DNA of 64,000 nucleotides from Cyanobacteria bacterium P01_D01_bin.156 (GTDB taxonomy: Bacteria > Cyanobacteriota > Cyanobacteriia > Phormidesmidales > Phormidesmidaceae): NCBI GenBank assembly GCA_039024555.1, contig JBCCQQ010000003.1, positions 128,001 through 192,000 on the forward strand, written 5' to 3'. Position numbers and translations under genes: made by a program. The notes below the pieces were generated by a model that was given only the letters and a program-made list of their open reading frames with translations, was not told where the DNA came from and did not search any database. Below, piece after piece: positions 30,584 to 41,083 of this stretch; position 1 is the stretch's first letter; each line of letters begins with the position of its first letter.

Positions 30584-31087
30584 TCACCCAGTCAAACCAA
30601 TTACATACTTACGCCATTCCTTATGAGCATCTCCACGGGTATGACGTGCAATCTCAAAATAAAGACTACTATGGGGTTTACGTGGTGTAATACGCAATGG
30701 CATTTTGGCCTCTTTAGGTGTGCGGTTCCCCTTTTTTACATTGCAGCGGACACAAGCAGAGACCATGTTTTCCCAAAGATCTTTACCACCACGAGAACGG
30801 GGAATGACATGATCAAGTGTCAGGCCATCACCTGCATAACCACAATACTGGCAGGTATGATTATCGCGATACAACAGATTGCGCCGGGTTAGAGGAATTT
30901 CCTTATACGGTATACGCACATAGTGACGTAGACGAATTACTGTAGGCAAAGGAAAATTCGTATAGATAACCCGCCCGTTGTGCTCTACGGTTTCAGCTTT
31001 ACCCTTAATAATCAACACGATAGCTCTTCGCCAGCTAGTGATATTTAAGGGCTCATAGGAAGCATTTAGAACCAGAACCTTACTCAT
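30584..31087 (-). CDS. HNH endonuclease
   Basis: VLVLNASYEP, CQYCG, TLDHVIPRSRGG, CVRCN. Confidence 0.92.
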   Translation of the reverse strand: MSKVLVLNASYEPLNITSWRRAIVLIIKGKAETVEHNGRVIYTNFPLPTVIRLRHYVRIPYKEIPLTRRNLLYRDNHTCQYCGYAGDGLTLDHVIPRSRGGKDLWENMVSACVRCNVKKGNRTPKEAKMPLRITPRKPHSSLYFEIARHTRGDAHKEWRKYVIGLTG

Positions 31088-31191
31088 TGAGGTTCAATTT
31101 AGGAGTTGTGCCTTGATACTAGCACAGGTAACCAAAAGGCCTTGGCAATTGCGATACTGTGCTGTAAATACCGTGTGAAAGGAGAAGCACC

Positions 31192-32394
31192 ATGCTGAGC
31201 TGGGACGATACACCAAGTATTTCAGCCATGCGTTGCTCAAGGGCTTGGGTTGAGATTAATTTGGCGGCCATTAGCCACAACGTGCATCAATTCCGTCGAC
31301 TACTAAAGCCGACGACAGAGCTTATGGCAGTTGTAAAAGCAGATGCCTACGGCCATGGAGCTGTGAATGTAGCCCAAACATCACTGCAGGCAGGCGCTAC
31401 TTGGTTGGGCGTAGCGACTGTGCCGGAAGGGATTGAGCTACGACAGGCTGGTATTCAGGCACCTATCTTAGTGATGGGAGCCCTACATCATGGGGAAGAG
31501 GTGCAAGCGTTAGCTCGATGGCAGTTGCAACCAACTATTGTTACCCCCAAGCAAGCCCTTGTCTTTGCTGAGGCTCTGAGTGATGCCTACTTGCCATTGC
31601 CAGTCCACATCAAACTAGATACGGGCATGTCACGCCTAGGGTTCGATTGGCAACGAGCCTTAGAGTTCGTAGAGTTTGTTAGCGGGTTGCCAGCCCTCAA
31701 AATAACCAGTTTGTATTCACACTTTGCCACAGCAGATGAAGCTGATGATTCAGAGATGCGTCGTCAGCATGAACGATTTGAACGTGCGATCGCCACCCTC
31801 AAACATCACAATCTTCTCCCCTCCCATCTGCACTTAGCCAATACAGCCGCCACTTTAACCGACGCAACGCATCTCCAATACGACATGGTCCGTGTAGGGT
31901 TAGGCATCTATGGCGTATCACCAGCCCCTCATCTGACATCTGTCCTGGATCTTCATCCTGCCTTAGAAGTTAAAGCACGTATTACCCATATCAAAAAAAT
32001 TCAGGCAGGAGCAGGTGTCAGCTACGGCCACCGCTTTATTGCCCAGCAACCAATGACCATTGCGGTCGTCGGCATTGGCTATGCCGATGGCGTTCCCCGT
32101 TTACTCTCAAACCGATTGCAAGCACTTATTGACCATCAGCTAGTGCGTCAGATTGGAGCTATCACTATGGACCAGCTAATGTTAGATATCTCCAACATGC
32201 CTGGACTTAAGGAAGGAGATATTGTCACCCTAATCGGCAGTAATACTGCTCATCAGCTCACCGCTGATGACTGGGCTGAAAGCATAGGAACAATCCCATG
32301 GGAAATCCTATGCGGATTTAAGCATCGACTACCGCGCATTATGCCAAGAAATCCATCAATAAAGCTTTACCCTGCTGAGGATAGCTTGCTATAA
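31192..32394 (+). CDS. alr: Alanine racemase
   Basis: AVVKADAYGHG, DTGMSRLG, GYADG. Confidence 0.96.
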   Translation: MLSWDDTPSISAMRCSRAWVEINLAAISHNVHQFRRLLKPTTELMAVVKADAYGHGAVNVAQTSLQAGATWLGVATVPEGIELRQAGIQAPILVMGALHHGEEVQALARWQLQPTIVTPKQALVFAEALSDAYLPLPVHIKLDTGMSRLGFDWQRALEFVEFVSGLPALKITSLYSHFATADEADDSEMRRQHERFERAIATLKHHNLLPSHLHLANTAATLTDATHLQYDMVRVGLGIYGVSPAPHLTSVLDLHPALEVKARITHIKKIQAGAGVSYGHRFIAQQPMTIAVVGIGYADGVPRLLSNRLQALIDHQLVRQIGAITMDQLMLDISNMPGLKEGDIVTLIGSNTAHQLTADDWAESIGTIPWEILCGFKHRLPRIMPRNPSIKLYPAEDSLL

Positions 32395-32410
32395 TGCAGC
32401 TCTATTCATT

Positions 32411-32499
32411 GGAGAAGTGGCTGAGTGGTTGAAAGCGGCTCCCTGCTAAGGAGTTATAGGACGTAAGTTCTATCGAGGGTTCGAATCCCTCCTTCTCCG
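32411..32499 (+). tRNA. tRNA-Ser(GCT)
   Basis: GGAGAAG/CTTCTCC acceptor stem, CT-GCT-AA loop, long variable arm, GGTTCGAATCC. Confidence 0.96.
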
Positions 32500-32508
32500 T
32501 TTTACTAT

Positions 32509-33087
32509 TTATTTATTGATACGCTCACGATTGGCGTTATGAACAGCCCAGAGCAGTCTCTCAGGGCTAGCATTGGTATGAGCAAATGAGAATAAGTGCT
32601 GAAATCTTAATCTACCTGCTCGGTCAACTACAAACTGTGCCGGAAGCGGAGCACCTAACGCTTGACCAGTGCCATAGGCACGAAAACTGACACAGCCCGA
32701 ATCCACCAGAAGTGGCATAGACAATCCCAGATCTCGCTGTACCGTTTTACTTTGACGTGAATCAGTACTAGTAATCATCAACACTTCTGCACCAAGTTGC
32801 TCAAATTGTTGATAGGTTTCCACCAGAGACACAATGTGGGGATAGCAGAATGGACAGTATTGCTTTTCCGTAAAAATTCGAGTGAATGCGATAACTACAA
32901 CAGACTGATTACGATAGCTCGATAAACGTACAGGCGCTCTTTGCCCTGCCACTGGCAGTTCAAAATCAGGCAAAACATCACCCACTCGAAACTTTGTTAG
33001 AGCAGGCAGGGGCAAAAAATTGTTGATAAAGCGCCGACTGATAACTCCACGAAAGTCCGTAGAGGTCAATTTAAAGGCAGTAACCAT
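32509..33087 (-). CDS. AhpC/TSA (peroxiredoxin-like) protein
   Basis: VGDVLPDFEL, CPFC, thioredoxin-fold pattern. Confidence 0.82.
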   Translation of the reverse strand: MVTAFKLTSTDFRGVISRRFINNFLPLPALTKFRVGDVLPDFELPVAGQRAPVRLSSYRNQSVVVIAFTRIFTEKQYCPFCYPHIVSLVETYQQFEQLGAEVLMITSTDSRQSKTVQRDLGLSMPLLVDSGCVSFRAYGTGQALGAPLPAQFVVDRAGRLRFQHLFSFAHTNASPERLLWAVHNANRERINK

Positions 33088-33186
33088 AGGCCAGCGTAAC
33101 GACTGATAGGGGCATCAACCCAAAGAAAGGGATGTTATTACGATGTTATTACCCATCTACAATCAAGCATCACAATTGAGGAGCGA

Positions 33187-33792
33187 CTAGACCGACGCAA
33201 AAAAGTCCTTTGATTTCACAGGATCAGGATTCATGGTTTTATCACCAGGCGTCCATCCAGCCGGACAGACCTCATCAGGATGAGACTGCACATGCTGTAC
33301 TGCTTGCAAAACACGCAATGTCTCATCCACACTACGACCAAAAGATAGGTTATTAATGGTGGCGTGCTGAACAACGCCCTCTTTATCAATTAGAAATAGG
33401 CCTCTCAACGCCACACCAGCCTCGGGTTCCAACACATTGTAGGCACTACTAATTTCTTTTTTGATATCCGACACCAGAGGATAAGCCAAATCTCCCAGGC
33501 CACCCGCCTTACGTTCGGTCTGAATCCAAGCAAGATGGGAAAATTCACTATCTACTGAAACTCCTAAAACTTCTGTTTTAAGGTCTTTAAACTCCGAATA
33601 GCGATCGCTAAAGGCAGTAATCTCAGTAGGGCAAACAAACGTAAAATCTAGCGGATAGAAAAACAACACCACATATTGACCACGATAGTCAGAAAGCTTG
33701 ATCGTCTTGAACTCTTGATCAACAACGGCTGTTGCTGTGAAATCAGGGGCAAGTTGGCCAACGCGCAGGCATCCTTCCGCTAGATTACTCAT
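33187..33792 (-). CDS. 2-Cys peroxiredoxin
   Basis: [13 protein letters not shown] and EVCPAGW. Confidence 0.96.
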   Translation of the reverse strand: MSNLAEGCLRVGQLAPDFTATAVVDQEFKTIKLSDYRGQYVVLFFYPLDFTFVCPTEITAFSDRYSEFKDLKTEVLGVSVDSEFSHLAWIQTERKAGGLGDLAYPLVSDIKKEISSAYNVLEPEAGVALRGLFLIDKEGVVQHATINNLSFGRSVDETLRVLQAVQHVQSHPDEVCPAGWTPGDKTMNPDPVKSKDFFASV

Positions 33793-33985
33793 CCGTATGT
33801 CTCCAAAAACTTAGCTGACACTCAAATAGACTATGCAAGTCTATGGCTCTTGATTAACTAGAGCAATTCTCTGAAAGCAACTGTAAGTCTACATCAAGAG
33901 CACGCTAGAAGCCACGAATATACGCATACAATTCATATGCGCAGCAGTTACAGAGGTTAGAGACTATTATTTCTATCTTTGAAAA

Positions 33986-34057
33986 TGGCTCAGACGTGAT
34001 TTGAACACGTGACCAAGGGCTTATGAGTCCCCTGCTCTACCACTGAGCTACTGAGCC
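33986..34057 (-). tRNA. tRNA with CAT anticodon, most likely elongator tRNA-Met
   Basis: Reverse complement GGCTCAGTAGCTCAGTGGTAGAGCAGGGGACTCATAAGCCC...GTTCAAATC...CTGAGCCA; paired G1-C72. Confidence 0.92.
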
Positions 34058-34329
34058 TTAAGACAGCCGATTGATGTTCAGCAACTAAATAAATCTATCA
34101 CGAATTGTTGCGAAGCTACATAAGAAATACAGCTGCCTAGAAAGATCAATCTGCACTAAGGCACGGTTAAGAGATGACTGCACGGTTTAAGCTTGAAAAG
34201 CTCTTTAAAGCATGATTGAAATCCACAAGGCCATGATTCTAATTTTTCACAGGCCCTAGTCACTGCGCCCCCATCGATTAATTTGAGCTTGCTACTAGAA
34301 AGAACTCACCCTACTCAAAAAATCCGAAA

Positions 34330-34366
34330 AAATTGCCAAGCTGTCTAATAGACAGCTTGGCAATTT
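34330..34366 (-). terminator. Terminator after the M23 gene
   Basis: AAATTGCCAAGCTGTCTA-A-TAGACAGCTTGGCAATTT. Confidence 0.75.
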
Positions 34367-34393
34367 AAAGTATGCTCTATAAAACTAGTTTGC

Positions 34394-36328
34394 CTAACGT
34401 CCAGGCAACATGGCCATTGGGTTGATCGTCCCCTGGTTTGGAATATGGACCTCAAAGTGTAAGTGAGGGCCTGTACTGTAGCCGGTACTACCCATATCTG
34501 CAATGTGTTGACCTTGTGAAACACGCTGACCAGGTCTCACAACAATTCGACTGTTATGAGCATAGCGCGTCATACTACCATCAGCATGACGAACTTCAAC
34601 CAAGTTTCCATAGCCACCTGAATTCCAACCAGCACGCTCAACGACACCAGCAGCAGCAGAAACAATTGGAGTGCCGACCGGACCTGCTACATCGATACCT
34701 CGATGCATACGCCCCCAGCGCCACCCATAGCCAGAGGTCAAAGTACCACGAGTAGGCCAAATATAACCATTAAAGTAATCAGGGGCCTCCGGCAAATACT
34801 CATCAGCCGACGGCAAAATCGGCATCTCTGGAGAAACTACTTGCCCGGGGGCAGGTGCAGGAGACGAAACGTAAACACTAGGGTCCAGTGGCGCAGCAGC
34901 CAGTAAACCCTCTCTCTCTTCAGCACCTACAGCGTCCGAGTCAATACCTGGAAATTGAGGATTGACAACAGTAGGTTCAGGAACAGAAACCACTGACCTT
35001 AGAGCAACCGCATTCTCAGAGACAGATGGGCTCGATTCCTGAGCGGATACAACATCTGCCAGTAGATCAGCAGTGTACGGATCCTCAACGGCAGGCGTTC
35101 TAGATACAGAATGCTCATCACCTACAATTTCAGTTTCTGCGATTTGATCAAGAGAATTGATTCCTTGCTCATCCTTCAACCGTTGCAGGGTTGAAGAAGC
35201 ATCGATTCGCCTAGCAGCCGTAGACTGCAATCGAGCTAAGCGGGTCCCATCAAAGCCACCAACACCAGAAACCGCAGCTAAATCGGCTCCAGAATCAAAA
35301 TCAGCAGCAGTCTCTACAGGAACCGCTAAAGTATCACCTGCAACAATGAAATCAGGATCCTCAAGTTCGTTAGCCTCGGCAATTTCTTCAGGAGTTGTAC
35401 CAAGGGTTAAGGCGATATCCTCAACGGTATCCCCTGGACGAACCTCGTACCCTTCAAAAGAGTTCTCAGAAGCATCAGCTAAGGGCAACCCATTTCCGTC
35501 TAAAGAAACAGAACTAGTTGCCAGTACCTCAGACGTAAGCGAAGAAACCTCCACTTCTTCAGAAGGCAACTGACTCTGAGAAGTTAGTTGCTGCAAATCT
35601 GCCTGCAAACCATCAGATTGAGATACGAGACCAGCAGAACGAAGAGAAACATCACCAGTCAACTCTTCAGTTGCGACAACTACTGGACCGTCAGCTAAAT
35701 CAGAAGATTCAACTGCTTCAGAAACACTTAATACATTATTACTATCGGAATCCGGGAGGGTCGCTAGTAGACGCTCTAAGCTTGGCGCTTTACCTGGAAC
35801 ATCGGACCTATTCTGAGCACCAGGAAGCAATGAGACCACAGTTGGTCTCTCCACTTGTTCACCAGGGACCTTGATGACCTGCCCAACCTGAAGAGGCGTA
35901 TCTGGTGAAATGCGATTAGCTAGCTTAATGTCTTGAACTTCAACCCGATGATCTTGAGCAATCTGCCAAAGGCTATCACCCTGCTCGACGGTGTGATAAA
36001 CCGTCAGTCCCTGACTAGCAGAAGGTTGAGTCAGCTGACTACCCAACACAGAGGGCACTTGAGGTGTATCGCTTGAAGCTGCAGGATTTAAAATCACCGA
36101 GGATCCAACTGCTGCAGTTGCCTCACTATCAGTGAATACAACTCCAGACGCACCAAAAGAAAGCGCAAGTCCCAACATAGCAACAGATTTAGATCTGCCA
36201 TTTTGTCCAGACGAAGCTTGCTCACTCACTGCCATCACGTCTGAAAAACATGAATGACTGATTTCAGACTTGGGCTCCTGAGAATTTTCTTGTTTCAAGG
36301 AATAACCTCCTAGGTGACCAGCGTTCAA
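34394..36328 (-). CDS. LysM + M23 peptidase (NlpD-like); start uncertain
   Basis: Two LysM domains (HTVEQGDSLW, YEVRPGDT); HRGID and STGPHLHFE. Confidence 0.92.
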   Translation of the reverse strand: MNAGHLGGYSLKQENSQEPKSEISHSCFSDVMAVSEQASSGQNGRSKSVAMLGLALSFGASGVVFTDSEATAAVGSSVILNPAASSDTPQVPSVLGSQLTQPSASQGLTVYHTVEQGDSLWQIAQDHRVEVQDIKLANRISPDTPLQVGQVIKVPGEQVERPTVVSLLPGAQNRSDVPGKAPSLERLLATLPDSDSNNVLSVSEAVESSDLADGPVVVATEELTGDVSLRSAGLVSQSDGLQADLQQLTSQSQLPSEEVEVSSLTSEVLATSSVSLDGNGLPLADASENSFEGYEVRPGDTVEDIALTLGTTPEEIAEANELEDPDFIVAGDTLAVPVETAADFDSGADLAAVSGVGGFDGTRLARLQSTAARRIDASSTLQRLKDEQGINSLDQIAETEIVGDEHSVSRTPAVEDPYTADLLADVVSAQESSPSVSENAVALRSVVSVPEPTVVNPQFPGIDSDAVGAEEREGLLAAAPLDPSVYVSSPAPAPGQVVSPEMPILPSADEYLPEAPDYFNGYIWPTRGTLTSGYGWRWGRMHRGIDVAGPVGTPIVSAAAGVVERAGWNSGGYGNLVEVRHADGSMTRYAHNSRIVVRPGQRVSQGQHIADMGSTGYSTGPHLHFEVHIPNQGTINPMAMLPGR

Positions 36329-37078
36329 CTGTTGGAAACTAAATTGTCCCTATGCAGCTGACCGATCAAAGGTCATTAACTACAAGTTGAATCGAGTACA
36401 AAAGGCAGACACTAAGAAAAATATTTCCAATATGTAGCTACCTTTTACCCAACTTAGGCAAGTTTACACGACTTAATCAAAAGATCAATCCCGTACAAAA
36501 CAAGTTCCATTGGAATCCTAAGAATCCACATGAAATTGAATTTCGTATGGATTTTTATCTGAGAAATGGGTGAGGCCAGTTTTCCGGAATCCATTGAATC
36601 CTTTTGTAGCTGGAACTTTCACCCTCTCAGTATCCACTTCAAGAGACCAACTATCCTTGCAAAATTATCAGTACCGTTCCTGGTAAGGACCTGGTCATAA
36701 TAAAGACCTAAAAAGCTGGCTTGATTATATTTCCCAGTTATTTCGGAGATTTTAACGGGGAATTGCCCAATTGCCCCGCACCCGCTATAGAAAATTTTTA
36801 TCGCAAAGGCGATATTTTGGTAGCTTAAACAACTTTTTTAGGACGCAAACATCAGAATCAAGTTCGTACAAAACCCCACATCCCTTATTTTTCAGGCCCG
36901 CAGGTCTGGCAATGCAAAGCGCTGCTAGATGACCTCGAACTCAAGGACAGAGAATTCTTGAGTCTTGGCTACTCTATATATCTATAGGCTCATAGATATA
37001 TAGTCTGATTTCCCAAAACTACAAGAGACCGTCACAGGGTTTCGACACTAGCTCAACAAATCAAAGCCCAAAATTCGC

Positions 37079-37540
37079 TTAAGCCAGATGTCCCAGCTGT
37101 CGAAGAGATTCGAATAGGCCAATAGCAGCACTCACCGACAGATTAAGACTACGGACACTAGAGTGAGGCATGGGAATTTTAGCGGTGCGATCGCAGGTAT
37201 CTAAAAACGATTGCGGCAAGCCCTGGCTTTCGCTACCAAACAATAACCAATCCTCTTCTTGATAGTCGATTTTTACATAGCTATATGAGCTTCTAGTAGT
37301 AAACCCTAGTAAACGTCCACCAATCCGTTGCTGATGTTGGCAAAAACTGTCTAGGGAAGGATGTACCTGAAGATTGACGTGGGGCCAATAATCGAGACCC
37401 GCTCTCTTGAGATAACGATCGCTCAGTTCAAAGCCCAGCGGTTCTACCAGATGTAGCTCTGTATTCGTAGCTGCACAGGTACGAGCAATATTGCCTGTAT
37501 TGGGGGGAATTTCTGGGTTGACAAGAACTATTTTGGGCAT
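37079..37540 (-). CDS. trmL: tRNA (cytidine34-2'-O)-methyltransferase
   Basis: PEIPPNTGNIAR, RAGLDYW, RSLNLS. Confidence 0.94.
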   Translation of the reverse strand: MPKIVLVNPEIPPNTGNIARTCAATNTELHLVEPLGFELSDRYLKRAGLDYWPHVNLQVHPSLDSFCQHQQRIGGRLLGFTTRSSYSYVKIDYQEEDWLLFGSESQGLPQSFLDTCDRTAKIPMPHSSVRSLNLSVSAAIGLFESLRQLGHLA

Positions 37541-37757
37541 TGATATTGTGCAAAAAACGCTAACTCTTTCCTATCAGACCTCTATTTTGCGTTTTTCAGG
37601 ACCAATTTACGCATTTTTATATAGGAGTTTCTAATCAATCACACTAGATTGAGATTCATTTCCCGTTTTATGTTGTCCTGACGTTAGAAAATGCCGGTAT
37701 TTTATGCTGTCGGCTCCATCCCAGCAGGTATGGCGAAGTATCCAAATCACGCCTGAC

Positions 37758-38906
37758 CTAGGCAGGCTGACACAAATCGCTCTGTAATGCTTGCTCTTGA
37801 AGTTCCATGATCTGAATGGTCTGGGAGATCGCAGTAGGAACATCCACACCAGACTCAACCTGTTTTAACCAATTCTGCGCTTGATTACCTTCCCGTAAAA
37901 TTTGCTGAATCGGTGTCAAAAAGCAAGCTATGCCATGGGCTTTCGCCATAGGCATCACTTCTTGATAGAGCTGTGCTATCCAATCCGCTGCATTGATTGA
38001 GCTGCCATCGTACCAATGACGTAGCTGAGCATTGAGACTATCCTTGGCTACAGAACGCTCATTGTCCTCAATGATTTCTAACAAATCATCATGGCGACTA
38101 CTGGCAGAAAATTGGCTCGCAACCAGAGGATCTAAGGCAGGGTTTTGCTGAAGCTGTAGAATACGAGCTTCAAGCAACGCTGTAATTGCCAGCAGGTGAA
38201 TTGGATCTGTTACCAAGTCTGAAATTCTGACTTCAATCCGATTGAGCTTGTAGGGTCGACAATCTCCATTGGGACGCACAGAACTCCACAGATGGCGAAC
38301 ATTTTGCATAGTACCCAGCTTTAATTGAGCTGCAGTCCAATCGATAAAGTGCTGATGACTGTCAAACAAAGGGACGTGGACTGGAGTTTGAGGAAATAAA
38401 TGCCAACGAGTGGAGTGATAGCCAGTGATTTGATTATCTAGAAATGGAGAAGATGCACTGAGCGCCAAAATCAGGGGAGCTTCGGCCCTCACTAAACGGC
38501 AGGCGCGCATCAACATTTCTGGATCGGCAATGCCAAGATTAATGTGGATACTAGCTGTAACTACATCAGTGCCATAGGTATTTTCAATGTAGGCATGATA
38601 AGGATTTTGGGGGTCAGAGCGATAGAAAATCTGACTATTGCCTGTGGAGAGTGTGCTTCCAGGGATAATGGTATAGCTTGGATTCAGCTCTTTAAGAAAG
38701 CGTCTTAGACGACGACGAGGAGAAACTAATTCGCAGAGAAGTTGCTCATAGTGCTGGAGCGGCGGTGTCGTGTATTCTACGTTGCGACTATCTGGCTCAC
38801 GCACAAACCCACTGAGTGATTTGGCAATTCTGTCGGATAGACCAATGATTTCACCATTGGTCTGGCCAGTGTACATTTCAACTTCAAAACCTTTTGACAA
38901 CAGCAC
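37758..38906 (-). CDS. gshA: Glutamate-cysteine ligase, cyanobacterial type
   Basis: KGFEVEMYTG, EPDSRNVEY, SIHIN, HLWSSVRPNG. Confidence 0.9.
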   Translation of the reverse strand: MLLSKGFEVEMYTGQTNGEIIGLSDRIAKSLSGFVREPDSRNVEYTTPPLQHYEQLLCELVSPRRRLRRFLKELNPSYTIIPGSTLSTGNSQIFYRSDPQNPYHAYIENTYGTDVVTASIHINLGIADPEMLMRACRLVRAEAPLILALSASSPFLDNQITGYHSTRWHLFPQTPVHVPLFDSHQHFIDWTAAQLKLGTMQNVRHLWSSVRPNGDCRPYKLNRIEVRISDLVTDPIHLLAITALLEARILQLQQNPALDPLVASQFSASSRHDDLLEIIEDNERSVAKDSLNAQLRHWYDGSSINAADWIAQLYQEVMPMAKAHGIACFLTPIQQILREGNQAQNWLKQVESGVDVPTAISQTIQIMELQEQALQSDLCQPA

Positions 38907-39516
38907 AGTGTTACTCCGGGGTGGTTAATTCGCTGGGGTAGCCGGATATATAGCGAGGCGCCCATAGTTCAAGCCATAGATAATCACTACAAGCTTTAGA
39001 TAGCAACAGCTATATGCAGTACCAACCGATAAATGTGTTCATCAGTTGGCTATCCCTGTCCATCTTAAAGGTTGGGACAGAGTCTGGAACTGTAGCTTTT
39101 GGTAGAACAAGGCTGCCAAGCCAACGTCAACATTCACAGCCCCATGACATAGGACTATGGCTTAGCCGACGTCTATATATATGTAGTTAAAATGAAAGCC
39201 TCTAAAACCGTCCGTTGTTTTAGACGTTGTGTGGATAAACTTCCGGTGGGATGGGCACTCTACGAACAAGCAATCTGTCTGAAGAGCTTGAAAGGTATAG
39301 CGCTAAAATCGTAGAGCACAAGCATATCCCTGCCCATTGTGTCCCTGGTATTGAACTACTAGCCCATAGCGCTATGACTATTTGATAGCAAAAGCACTCT
39401 ATCCTTAGCCAAGACTAATGTTTGGGCTAAGGATGTCATTATTGCGTATGGATAGGTTAAGCTACTAGGAATACATACCTAGTTAATCACTAGCTGTCTT
39501 GTAGGTTTAGTTAACA

Positions 39517-40089
39517 GTGAATCAGGACGCTTTATCGCTTACTCCCAATTCAGCCTTAGATAGCGAGTCGGTTATTCAACTGGACAGTACTTGTTGTCAA
39601 AAGGTGAGTATTCAAACTCAGAAGTTGGCACCTCGTCAGCGGCAGATTACTGCAACGGTGGCTATTCCTTGCTCTTTGGAGCAGGTTTGGCAGATTTTGA
39701 CGGATTACGAACGTTTGTCAGAGTTTGTGCCCAACTTAACCACAAGTCGTTTACTCAGTCATCCTGATGATGGTATTCGTTTAGAGCAAATCGGTGCCCA
39801 ATGTTTTTTGAATTTCAAGTTTTGCGCTCGGGTCATTTTAGATATGACTGAGAGCTTTCCACGGGAACTTGGATTTTCCATGGTGGAAGGAGATTTTAAG
39901 AAATTTATGGGCAAATGGTCTTTACAGCCAGCGATTTTAGGTGAACAGGCTGCAACGGTATTATCTTATGAGCTAGTGGTACAACCGCCTCTAGCAATGC
40001 CAGTACAGCTTATTGAGCGCCATATTTGTCATAATCTCACTCAAAATTTGTTGGCAATCTGCGATCGCACCACCGAACAATTTGCCTAA
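39517..40089 (+). CDS. SRPBCC/polyketide cyclase family protein
   Basis: VWQILTDYERLSEFVPNL, EGDFKKFMGKW. Confidence 0.85.
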   Translation: MNQDALSLTPNSALDSESVIQLDSTCCQKVSIQTQKLAPRQRQITATVAIPCSLEQVWQILTDYERLSEFVPNLTTSRLLSHPDDGIRLEQIGAQCFLNFKFCARVILDMTESFPRELGFSMVEGDFKKFMGKWSLQPAILGEQAATVLSYELVVQPPLAMPVQLIERHICHNLTQNLLAICDRTTEQFA

Positions 40090-40139
40090 GCTCTGAGTTT
40101 TTGGAAGGGTGCTCCACATCAGTCTATCTTAACTCCCTT

Positions 40140-40883
40140 CTATGTTTTGGGTGCTAGGCTGCACCCCCACCGGTTGATTTTAGACTGGGCCATTTTACGT
40201 TCTTGTTGATCTTGTTCAGGATCTAATTTTTGCAGTTTACCGGACATACTGTAGAAAATAAGGCCGAATAACTCCCGAAAGCTAGAACGTAATTGTCCGG
40301 TAAATAAGGGTGACTGAATTGGATAAGGAACGACATCAAATCCCATTCCACGAAAAGTTAGGGTTGCTCTGGCAATGTGAGCATCATCGGTCACCAATAA
40401 TATTTTTTTAATTCCTTGGGTTGACAATAAAATTTCGGAAAATAACGCATTTTCCCACGTGGATTGGGAGCACCGCTCACCACTAATATGCTGGGCAGGA
40501 ATACCCATATCTTTGCCTAACTTGATAATCACTGGTGCATCTGTCATACCGCTAACAAATACCTGTGGTGCACGGCCTGCTTGCCAAAGTTCTGTAGCAA
40601 CTAACGTGCGATCTACGTTTTTTTTAGGTCCCCGTCCCAAAATAACAATGGCGTCTGCAGAATCACCAGTATTGGATAAAGTAACAGTTAATTTCAATGC
40701 TTGATTGATTATGATGGGAGATATGCCCAGTATTATCAAAAAGCTAGCTATCCACCCGAAAATAGCGCTGCGCTCTTTTGTTTGAAAAGTACGTTGACAT
40801 GTTAGACAGTAGCAAGACTGAGGATTTTTAGTCCTAGGGCCATGACGCTTGATTGACGGGCTGTTGCAGTGTGGGCATCGCAT
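40140..40883 (-). CDS. YdcF/DUF218 protein with N-terminal Zn ribbon and TM helix
   Basis: DAIVILG, SQSTWENA, LVTDDAHIARA; N-terminal CPHC...CLTC. Confidence 0.85.
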   Translation of the reverse strand: MRCPHCNSPSIKRHGPRTKNPQSCYCLTCQRTFQTKERSAIFGWIASFLIILGISPIIINQALKLTVTLSNTGDSADAIVILGRGPKKNVDRTLVATELWQAGRAPQVFVSGMTDAPVIIKLGKDMGIPAQHISGERCSQSTWENALFSEILLSTQGIKKILLVTDDAHIARATLTFRGMGFDVVPYPIQSPLFTGQLRSSFRELFGLIFYSMSGKLQKLDPEQDQQERKMAQSKINRWGCSLAPKT

Positions 40884-41083
40884 AGTCTGATTACTGAGGC
40901 GGTGCTACAAAGTCACTCATGATGAGTATTAATTCACTTAAGGTATAGCCTATCAAAAAGTTATAGTTTCTAACAGGCTTTGGCGACTTTTTGCAGTATT
41001 TCTAAGAGAATTCAAAGGTAATGTGCAATTTTAATTGGATTTCTTGACGTAAGAATATTTTGAAGCGGATCTCAAGAGCATTT

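Noticed and set aside
30584..31087. HNH as a mobile or defence element
   Set aside because: Resembles the widespread small housekeeping-context HNH and sits among core genes (alr, DHH, sixA, gltA)
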